Shown here piece by piece: positions 17,134 to 27,421 of a stretch of 64,000 bases of DNA. The notes beneath the pieces were generated by a model. That model ran no database searches, was not told where the DNA came from, and saw nothing but the letters and a program-made list of their open reading frames with translations. Origin of the DNA: Perkinsus chesapeaki ATCC PRA-425 (lineage: Eukaryota; Protista; Perkinsozoa); assembly GCA_013115145.1 (NCBI GenBank), contig JAAPAO010000071.1:1-64000 (forward strand), in the 5' to 3' direction. A program made the position numbers and the translations under genes. Position 1 is the stretch's first letter, and every line of letters starts with the position of its first letter.

Positions 17134-20100
17134 ATGGGGGTAAGTGGCTTATGGCAACTGGTATCCCCTTACGGTCGACGAGTCTCTCTGGATGTTATGG
17201 CCAATAAGGCAAGCCAATGGTGATGCAACTCCATCATAATAGTGGCAGCAGATACTAGCGATTGATGCCTCCATTTGGATGTATCACTTCGTTCGTGCGA
17301 TGCCACCGAATAAAAAGGGTCCGCACATGCTTGGATTCTTCAGACGTAAAAGTTTAGCACCTTGACGGGAAGGCATGTTTGTCGGGTTTCAGGGTTGTGC
17401 AAGCTCCTGTTCCTGAAGGTTAAGCCTATAATAGTGTTTGATGGTCCTGCGCCAAAGTTGAAAAGGGATACCATTGCGAAGCGAGCAAGGGAGGCAGAGA
17501 AGGCGGAGGCTAGGCTACGGAGAACAGCTCAACAACTTGTTAAAAATAGGTGATGCACGGCAACATAGGGAAATGGTTGTCTATGGAAATTCCTCCTTAA
17601 TGAGATTTTTCAACGGAATCGCCGTTGGCTTTCGAGTCGCTATGAACATGGCCGTATAGCAGGAGCTTGATTTAGAAGTATGACTGTGCTTTTGACAGGC
17701 TTTTGCAAAAAGCCGCTACCCGAGTGGACCAAGCCGAGAGCAGCTCGTCCTCCTCCTCCGCCGCTGCTGTTGGAAATGAATGTAGTATGGAAGGAATGGG
17801 CTGGCTTATGCACTCGACGCCAACTACTTACTGCTCTACTTATACGAATTGCGTATCATGAAAATGTAATAAAGTGACTGATAGGCTTTATTGCATCACC
17901 CTTTGAAAATAATTAATGATATATTGCTTATGATAATAGCTCAAATAGATCGATTTGTTCATCAAAAAACGTACACGTCAACTATTAGTAAAAGTCAAGT
18001 ACAATTCTGTAAGGCTTCTACATTTGTACTTCATGCTGTTCATTCTGTCAACCCCTAGGTCCGGCTCTGCAGAATGGTGATAGTATATCAGTCTCCAGTA
18101 GCAGTAGCAGTAATGGATCCACCGATAGCGAGTGGAGTAGCCCTAAGTCCCTTAATAATGTACCAAGCTCAGAGGAGGAGCGTAGGGATGATCACAGTCA
18201 GAGGAGGCGACGATGGAGGTGAGGCTTCGTGTCGGACTAGACAGATCTGAAACGGTAGGATATGTATATTCTGAATCTGCTCTCTGGTATTCTCTATCGT
18301 TTGGTGTAACTAGGTTTTTATATAGAAATATGAATATTGCAGTGAGTTGCTCTTGAAGGGCGTTAAGCTGTATGAGTGCTATTACTTTTGCTCTTATGGG
18401 GTCTTCGGTGTTGTGACTTTCTAAGAAAACGAAGCCTATTAAAATGACTTGGCGATGTTAGTGAGATTGCGAGATACAACAAGTCGGTCCCATCGGCCTT
18501 TAGAGGGTTCCTTGCTGAACGAAGAGGCTTAGATGACATCCAGGTGTCCCAGGAAGCAGTCCAGGAGCTTGAGGTGAGAGTCGGATGAGTTCGAGATGAT
18601 GGAAAGGGTTGAAGTAGGATATGGTCGAGGGACAAGGTCAGAGCTTTAAAAGTGGCGGATACGATTTGGAGACAGTTGCACAATTACCGACTATGGTGAG
18701 ATATAAGGTCCTATTGGAGGTCAGGGAGAGGGTAATAATATGGGGTACTGGGGGGGGCAAGGACTGTGGTGGGGTAGGTTATGAATGATGGTCGAGCAAG
18801 GGCTATACGACATCAAGCGGTGGCTGGAGCCGAAGGTATTACATTGTAAGTAGGAGGGCTTCCAACTGAGCTACCCGCAGCCTACGCAGCCGGCAAGTAG
18901 TCGGTTTAGGGTTGAGGGAAGGGAATTTCTGAGCGTCATATTATTGTTTCCTTTCCTTTGCAGCGCTAGTAACACAGCCCAGTACATGGAGCTAGTGAGA
19001 GTTAATGAGATGATATCGAAGACTAAGTTGGAGATAGCCAAGGAGGAAGAGGAGCATAGGCTGGCTGCCAAGGGTAGTGCTGAAATGGGAGGAAGACTCT
19101 TTCGGAAAATTTCAGCTGTTTTTTCATGGCACTCGCGTAGAAGCTGTGGGGCATTTGGAGAACCGGGTATCATATAGATCGTCTGCCTCAGCTACCACAG
19201 AAGTACAAAAAACTTGAGAAAACATCTTTGGGACGACCACCGTGTTTTGAACGCAGAAATGAGAAAGCATCTTTGGGACGACCACCGTGTTTTGAACGCA
19301 GAAACGCGGTGTAATGATAATCATTAAAATTTCTGTACCTTAGTGAGTGTATATGTGGTTAGCCCCCTCACCGAGGCCTCCGTAAAGTTTGGTATTTAAT
19401 AGGCGTAAAAATGAAAGAGGACATCCTCGTAATAATTTAGTGAGTATCTGAGTGTATCCCGTCACCGTTGAAGTGGCAGTTAAATCCCCTATAGCTCAGA
19501 GACGTTGATTGGTTCAGGGGAAGACATCACGGCGAAGGGAATTTACGTGCCACCGACGGCTGTTTCCATGGCCTCATCTTCCCCTTCTAGCCCACCTGAG
19601 TTCGAATGGCGGCAAAAGAAGAAGTCACGGAGTCGGTATATGAACAACTTGGATAACCTTAAGTACGCTCCTATGGAGGATGTCCATTTAAAGCAGACTT
19701 TAGAGGAAGCGTTGGAAGGGAAGGAGGAGAAGGAAGAAGTTGGTGTGAAGGAGGAGAAGATGGAAGGGGTTGAAGTCAGTGAGGCTTTGAGCGATGGCAG
19801 TGATGTTGATTTTGATAATATGTTTGGAGATGAAGAGCCTCAGGGGGTTAATGAGGCGGAAGAAATCTCGGGAGGTGCTGAAGCGAAGGGTGACTCGGTG
19901 GCAGAGGAGAACGTGGGAAGGGGGATAGTGGAGTTGAAGAAGATGGGGGGTGGAGGGGTGATAGGGAAGCTGAAGGTGAATCTCAAAAGGAAGGGGATGA
20001 GCGGTTTAGTGAGGGAATCGGAGGAGATGACACAAGTAGATGAGAAAGAGGGGGTAAATATTGACGACAGTTGTGAGAAGTTTGGTATGAAAGAAAATGA

Positions 20101-20155
20101 GAAGTCCGTAGATGTTCATGAAAATATGGAAAGTGCTGTTGAGGTATCTAGCAGC

Positions 20156-20187
<32 letters not shown>

Positions 20188-22452
20188 CGGTATTGACTCG
20201 ATCACCGAAAGCATTGTTGGAACACATGAGTCTATCCCTGTCGGTGAGGAGGAGGAGCCTCAGGCAGAGGGTGATCTAACAGTTGACAATATCGCTGTAA
20301 AGCCTGGTACGGAGCCGAGTGTTGTAGAGTTGGTGGAAGACGGGGACATTATTCCCGAGCAGCTTGAGTCCTTGGCTGCTGCTGCCTCCGAGACACCTAT
20401 GCCGAAAGCAAGCAATATCGGACTCGAGGAACCTGTTGTCGGTGGTCCTTCCGAGTTGGGAGGGGATTCCAAGGCCCCTGAGCTCCAGGAGGGGCATGCT
20501 GACGTTGGCAGAAATATGACCAATAATAAGAGGAAAAAAACAGACGAGGGTTTGCCAGTAGAGGAATCGGCTGCCAAGCGGCCACGAGCTGACACGGCAA
20601 ATGTGTCGAGAACGGCGTGGTTTCCGCAACCTAGAGCTGGTGGAGTGGATGAAGGGAATTCTGGAGGGGCCTCCGCGGAGGCAATGGAAGCTTTGAAAGA
20701 GCTGGATGATGTCGACATTGATGCTTTAGTTGAGATAGAGCGGAAGATGATCGATATTGAGGAGATGCCGAAGCCTCGGAGATATCGGGGGAAAGTGGGG
20801 AAGGTGGGTGGATGCTTTGATGGTAGTGTGACATTGTGTTCACAGGAGCCAGAGTCGGCATTGGATGATCTGCAGAGGAAGCTCAGGGTTGAAGAGAAGC
20901 TTCTGGAGGACAATGTCAACAAACTGGCGAGGCAACAGAACGAGGTTGGTCATCAGTTTGTTGGTCTTCCGAATGCTGCAATGGGAAGTATGTCTCTGTC
21001 CCTGACTCAGGGGCCCTGAGATGGTAGAATTCTTGGCAAAAAGTGTGGCACAAACCGCTAATAGTTCGCTTAAGAAACGTCGTATCTTTTTGAGAGAGGG
21101 CTCCGTGATGGCATTCTCGTTCGTATAGGATAATCGATCAGGTTGATTTTACTGCACTTAAAGAGGAGATACAGCTCCTATTGACAGCCTTCGGCATCCC
21201 ATGGGTAGATGCCCCCTGCGAGGCTGAAGCGCAATGTGTTGAACTTGTTCATAATGTAAGACACCCTCCTCCTCCTCCGCTGCTGGCATGACAACCTTTT
21301 CAGGGCCTCGCGGATGGAGTGATATCAGACGATAGTGATACGGTTATGTACGGTGCTGACGTTGTCTTGCGGCGGCTCTATTTCGACGCCATGTACGTTG
21401 AGATGTATAGTAGCAGTAGGATGCCAGACAGGCTTCGAGACAGAGATGCCATGGTCGGTGTCGTATTCCCGCGCGCCACATAATTGTAAGTGCCGGTTAG
21501 GTGTCCTTAGCGATGCTCCTTGGTTGTGACTATACCCCTGGTGTGTTGGGTATAGGCTCGGTGAATGCTATGGAGATTATTGAGGCGGGTTATGTTGGAA
21601 TAGAAAGGTGAGAGAGGGGGCATGGTCGATATTATCGAGATCTGCGTGGATCAAAGATTTGTTATCGAGTCGATAACTAATCTTTGATCTTACAGTGACG
21701 TGTTTGGTATGTTAGCCTTTTTTTAGGATTACTAACATTTGGAAAAATCCTCATTAAATTATTTCTTCCCGAAAAATTTCAGAAATTTTTCACCATTATG
21801 TATTGCGCGAAATTTTCACTGGTTAGCTGGCATATTATCATACCATACTTCCCTCACATCGTCTCAGATTAATGCACCTTCGAGTGTGGGCATCAGCTTT
21901 GGTATCGGAGGACCCTAAAGAGATTGAATCACCAATTCCTGGCGAAGAGGCATTTGACTCAATGCAACTTAGACAGTTTAAGAGGGATCATGGCGGATAT
22001 AGGTCAACATGGACGTTCCCGAAGGACTTTCCTCGCCAAGATGTAGGTTGCTTATTTCGGACGGCAGCGGCATCGATTCGGTTAGGTTTGGGAGGCCCTG
22101 AGCTGCCCTGTTGTCGACGAGAGTCGGGAAGCGTTCTCCTGGGAGAAGCCGGACGCACATGAGATCGAGCAGCTCATGTGCAAGTACACGGACATGTCGG
22201 AAGAATCGGTGAGGGAAAGTGCGACGGAGTTGGAAGGATTCATATTAGGTTGATCAACTGCTTCGTCCAGTTCTTGAGAAGGAGAAGTCGACGATGATAC
22301 AAAGACGCATAACAGATTATTTTTTACCGAAGTATGATCGAGGAAGAGTTGTCGATGTCCGCAGCAAGCGAATGCAGAGGGCAGTAAAAGGCCTGGCGAA
22401 GGCAAAGAAAGAACCGATCGAACTTGGGGACGATGATGACGATGAGCCTTGA
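17134..22452 (+). CDS. XPG: XPG/Rad2 structure-specific endonuclease with long acidic spacer, multi-exon
   Basis: N-region MGVSGLWQL...ILAIDASIW...LCKLLFLKVKPIIVFDGPAP; I-region FGIPWVDAPCEAEAQC...GVISDDSDTVMYG; H3TH LAMLLGCDYTPGVLGIG; ends ...DDDDDEP*. Confidence 0.9.
19216..19305. repeat. Two tandem copies of a 45-bp unit inside an XPG intron
   Basis: GAGAAA(A/G)CATCTTTGGGACGACCACCGTGTTTTGAACGCAGAAA(T/C) x2, 43/45 identical. Confidence 0.9.
21626..21791. repeat. Three odd-centred palindromes in one XPG intron
   Basis: TCGATA-T-TATCGA (21626-21638); GATCAAAGATTTGTTATCGA-G-TCGATAACTAATCTTTGATC (21649-21689, 1 mismatch); GAAAAATTTC-A-GAAATTTTTC (21771-21791). Confidence 0.9.
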
Positions 22453-22738
22453 ATACTACTTGAGATGATAGTAGCCAGCCGAGAGCCATCCACGGAAGGC
22501 ATCGAACAGTACAGAGTTAAGGATAGGCTCATCTAGTGCCATTGAATTTAGGGCGAGCGAAATTAATAATACGTGTTAGGTGATGATGAGCGTTGAGTTA
22601 TTGCAAGATTGCAAGTGATGACAAGATTTACCCTCCTCGTCCTCTCAATCGACATGCGGTATCTTAGCTCTACCCTTGCACCTTACACTGGCCTGTATGA
22701 CCAGCATTTCTTATTACCTCTTTAATTGGCTCTTTGCC

Positions 22739-23530
22739 ATGGCCCTAATAGTGTAGAGGTGCCTCAGTAGCACTTGGACGACTGCGGTATTACTATTTTC
22801 CTTCTTAGCGCTGACCAGTTGAATGTCCTCGCTTCTCCGTAACTGTGCTCGTGGCGTCCCTCGCCACGTTCAGAGGATCGGGTATATCTCCAGCAGTGAG
22901 ACCCTCAATCAGAAGATCCTTCGTTGGTTGGATGTGACCGGTATGCTGACAAGGTGAGCCCAGGCTGCGTTGAAGAGGTTGCTGTTGTTATTTACCTTAT
23001 TAGGTGGCATTCTCGTCGTGAGTTCATTCTCGATATGGACCCCTACTTCCGTAAGAATTCTGGTATGTGGACTGAATGGGAGAGGAAAAGTAAGAGCCTT
23101 TCTTTTCGTATCACCAATGTCTTTTTCAGCATTGCTCTTTCTGTTCTATTGCTGCACCCTGGCGACACCTTACTCGGCTTACTTGGATCTGCAGGAGGTG
23201 ATTACCCCCTTCACCATCCCTTCCCCAAATAGTTGTTGTATCATCAGTTAAAGCATCAAGGCACCAAGCCACCGAGGCCGGTCTCTTTGGAGTCCCGCTT
23301 CATGAACCAGAGGCGTTACGATTTCACTTGGATGCATCCTCAGGACAAATTGTAAGGAACTCCTCTGCCCCCCCCCCTCAGCGTGTTGCCTCCTCAGTTG
23401 CTCTGAGTGCCGTCCTGTCGAGCTGGAATGTAAGAAGATGTGCTTCGATCGATACAGGTCTATGGATTACCGTATGTATGGTTTCCAGAGGCCCCGTATC
23501 CAGACCTTCTACTCCTTCTCGACTTGGTAA
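22739..23530 (+). CDS. Small multi-exon single-TM protein with Cys cluster; candidate myzozoan mitochondrial inner-membrane complex subunit; start approximate
   Basis: Short exons splice in phase: ...SETLNQKILRWLDVTGMLTRWHSRREFILDMDPYFRKNSGMWTEWERKTLLFLFYCCTLATPYSAYLDLQE...WMHPQDKFCSECRPVELECKKMCFDRYR...FYSFSTW*. Family identity not established. Confidence 0.65.
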
Positions 23531-23580
23531 GCTCACCCTACCATCGGCTTGGTTATTTTCTTGATCAGGTAAGTGCGGTT

Positions 23581-24847
23581 ATGACCACGGCAACGGTGAG
23601 AGTTCGTACACTTCTGGCTGGTCGCCTGAAGACTTTTCTCCCTTCTCACATGTCGTCTTCGCGCAGTGCTTGTGGCTTCTTCTTATAGCCGCTTTGCTCT
23701 GTTTGGGGTTCATGGTGTTGTCGTTATGGTATTATTAAATCTTGTCTTAGCAGCAGCAGCCCGTAAAGGCTCGTGGTGGCAGGATTATTATTTTGTTAAG
23801 ATATCGGTGTTGCGTGCCTCGAGGGTGGAATGATTCTCGATAGTACAGTCGTTACTGATTTTTCTGACACCCCCCGCGGGACATGTTTTCATTCCTGTCC
23901 AAGCTGACTTCCGAGTCCCCCAAAAAAGAGACTGACAAGCAGCAGAAGCCCACTGTCGTGGCGGCCACCGCTGAAACGGAGGAGGTAAGAAAGCAAGGCT
24001 TGTGGTGAAATTTTAATGGTTATTATAGGTTACCGATAAGTCTGTTAAGGTGGTCGATACTACTAGCGTAGCTGTGACGACGAGTAAGGGTACTGATAAG
24101 GCCGAGGCTACTCAGACCACTGTTGCCGAGCATGCCGCTAAGACGGTTGAGGAGGAAAAGGCTCAGCAGGAGCCTAAAGCGAAGTCAGAAGCTGCTAAGA
24201 GCAATGATGTTGTTAAGCCCACTGTCGTGAAGGAGGCTGAGAAGAGTACCGATGTACCGAAGGCCGATGATAGTAGTGAAGTAAAGAAAGACGAAAAGGC
24301 AACTGAAGAGCCGAAGAAGGAAGAAAAGGCAACGGAGCAGCCGAAGAAGGAAGAAAAGGCAACTGAGGTGAAGAGCCCTGCGAAGTCATCGAGTGGGAAG
24401 AAGAATAAGAAGGGCAAGAAGAGCGCTGAAACCAGTCCGAGTAGGTTTATGGGCTGCTCGGTAGATGGCATTTAGTCATTTTAGCAGGTAAAAGCGATGA
24501 GGAGCTGGAAAAGGAAAACAAGGAGTTAAAGCAGAAAATTGAGGATCTCACGCAGAAGTAAGGGCTGGGAATGACGGGAGGGAATTCATGGGCTTGGAAG
24601 GTACGAGCAGCAGCACGCGGAGTTCTCCCAGAAGAAGTCTGAGCAAAAGCAATTGGTCGGTGTCATCGCCCAGCTGTATCAGCTCACCTTGGTAGGGTAT
24701 CCTTCTATTACCTTTATAGAGGTGTGCATGTAGGGAATTGACGGTACTGCTACTAGCGAGTCACCCAAGCAACAGGGGAAGAACTCTTCGCCTAAGGTCG
24801 GTGCTAGTAAGAAGGAGCGCAAGGTGGCTAAGCAACAACAGAAGTAG
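23581..24847 (+). CDS. Lys/Glu-rich low-complexity protein with C-terminal coiled coil; start uncertain
   Basis: Exons with (KKEEKATE) repeats, then SDEELEKENKELKQKIEDLTQK...KQQQK*; GT-AG introns in phase. Confidence 0.55.
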
Positions 24848-25059
24848 GGCTGGATGGGAGGGAGATTTCGACCATCCTGGGCACGGAAATTGATGGATTG
24901 GACAGACGGGGCGCGGAATTTCATCTCTCGTAGGGGATGAATCAAGTAGGGGCGGAGCCTTTTGGATACGGCGTTAGTTGTACAGGAGATAAGTTAGGAA
25001 GTTAGCGTCGATCACCAGTCTTGGTGGCAACACATTGTTGATATGTTACTGCTGTATTC

Positions 25060-25987
25060 AGGTCGTCATCGAGCTCTTCATCGCCAATTGCCGAGAAGCA
25101 GCAGCACGCGGCGGCGTCGTCAACTTCGAGCAACAATAGGAATATAGCTGGTTTTGTCAATCGTCCGGCACAAGAGCAAGGCTTGCAGCAACTCATTGCT
25201 GAGGTAGGGAACAACAAAACCGAATCATTTCGAAATCGCGGCAATCTGTTATCTCCGATCGTAGTTGTTGAGTCATCGATATGGACGATACTAAAGCAGG
25301 CGAGAAGTGTGTGATGGAATATATTGTTCCGCCGTGTCTTTGGGTCGGAATAGTAGGGACTAATTGAGAGGATATAGGGAACGTGCGGTATGGTCGTTGT
25401 ATGTTGTTGTTGACCATGCTTAGCAGGACGAAGCTTATAAACTGGGCTGGGGTTTGGTGTAAGGATGATTATAGGAAAGGTTCTTCCCAATGTACACAGT
25501 CTTCTGTGAGCTTGTAGTTGGTTGAACTACTGTGAAGCGATAAAAAAGCAAGTCTCTCAGTCCTATTAGACTTTGCCACACGCCTGTAGAGATATACATG
25601 ACACTTTGACACACTGATGACAGAATTCGTTGAGAGGGGTATTGTGCCCAATCCTGGCAGAAGTAGTGTTATTTAGGCCAAAGCTCACCAAGCGCAGTTG
25701 AAGAAGAAACAATCGTCCAATGGGACAGAATGTAGCAGCGATTTAATGAGTGGATTGATATGTATTCATTGTTGTTAGCTTCCACCACTGAACCCGATGC
25801 CGAGTCAGTTCGAGCACGACTGAGATCGGCTACGACCAAGAAGGATATAGAGGACGCCATCAGTGATGTAGTGGATTGCAGGCCCTGCTGTGGTTTGGGG
25901 TAATTATGTCATTGTCAGGCCAAAAAGTTGAATATGACCTATGAGGCATCTCTTGGTGAGAAGAAGCTCAGTGCACTCGCTGCTTAA
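25060..25987 (+). CDS. Hypothetical multi-exon protein; start not resolved
   Basis: Exons such as NRPAQEQGLQQLIAE / VVESSIWTILKQAR / VRARLRSATTKKDIEDAISD / AKKLNMTYEASLGEKKLSALAA*. Confidence 0.45.
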
Positions 25988-26376
25988 GGTTGGTCACAGC
26001 ATTTTCAAAGTGTCTCCTGTGTTTTATTGGTAACGTTGTTTAGGTTGTTCCCCGATCTCCACCCTCGAGTCGGTATCTAGTACTGTAGGCTTCCTCCGAA
26101 GTCGTGTCTCCGTGGCGCAAGTTTACAACAATTCTTTAACCGTTTGGCTATCAACAACCTTCTACCGCCTTGGCATTTGCAGCAGCTCAGTTGAATTCCG
26201 TCGTCGTTGTTGCTAATGCCAGTAGTCAGTGCAGTGTCATTAGCGCCGTGCGACATCGCCGTCCTCCTCCTCCTCATCGTAGTGGTGGCTTGAGTGCAGT
26301 GTTTCTTTATGTGCATCTTACGGTGTAGAGTTGATTAACCCATCTACAAGTGGAGACAGCAGTCGTTAGTGTAATA

Positions 26377-27291
26377 ATGGAACCATCAGGCGTTGAGGCA
26401 ACTGGGCAACGTATTTTCTGTCCGGAGCAAATTGAGATACCGCAACAGCTACACGAGGTAATAAAGGGGCTGAGGAAGAATGATTATTAATACTAGCAAA
26501 CCTCTATCGCTAGTGTCCGTCCGAACATGGGGAATCGGAGCTGTATGGGTGATGTTCTCCGGGGGTCGCGGTGGTAGACCTCCCGCTACACAAGCTCGTC
26601 CCTACAGTTGTGTACATTTTGCTCTTACAAAAGCATGGACTATTTGTGTACACGTTTGAAGATTATGGTGGAGCTTCACCAGAGGACTAGAGTTGCTGGT
26701 TCTAGTTAAGTGTTTCGGGTTCCCTTATTATATAGAAAAATAGCCGTCGGCTAGTTTTCCCAGCAGGCCTCTAAACCAACGTCGTTAAATCATCTGATAG
26801 AAACACCTCGTGAAAGAGAGACAGTAGTGTGAGCGAAGCTCCCGATCGCCTCGGAGGCATGCATCCAGCAGTATTGAGATCTAGCCACATAGAGCTTCAT
26901 CTGTCGTGAAATATTAACAGTCGCAAACTCCGTTGTTCTGGTCGGAAATTGGCCGATAGCGCGGCGTGTAGCATGGAATCATATGGCGGAGCTCCGGAGG
27001 GAATTGTTGCTCATGTCTGAATGCATTTTGCTCAGGTGCTCAAAGACATGACAAAGGAGGTAGTAGTTTGGTTCGGTGAAGGGGATAATGGTGTAGATAA
27101 TACGGTCGAATCCAGTTGGAAGTGATAAAATTCCGGACGAGGAAGCGCAAATTCGAATATACAAATTCGCAATTAAGTTCTGTGAGCAGAAGGTAGTAGT
27201 GTGATTATAGAGTGGAGGGGAAAAGCGGTTATTGGCTCAGCTGGAGGGACTCCAAGCAGGAGTTGCTGGGTCAACTGTTGGAGGGCAATGA
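26377..27291 (+). CDS. Ropporin/RSP11-like RIIa docking-domain protein
   Basis: Splicing 26458-27035 gives IFCPEQIEIPQQLHE|VLKDMTKE|IIRSNP...IYKFAIKFCEQK, matching the ropporin RIIa pattern (QI.IP..L..ILK..TK..IR..P). Confidence 0.55.
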
Positions 27292-27421
27292 ACATGTTGA
27301 GAACGTGATTGATAAGCCTGATGTGTGTTGCGTTGCGCTAGTGAGAAAGACAGAAAGACTGCGAGGTTCACCGATCATATCTAAGCTTCATTAGTGGAAG
27401 GTACACAGAAGGTTGTTTAGT

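Noticed and set aside
19216-19305. CRISPR-like direct repeats
   Set aside because: Only two adjacent units with no spacer, no cas genes, and a eukaryotic intron context.
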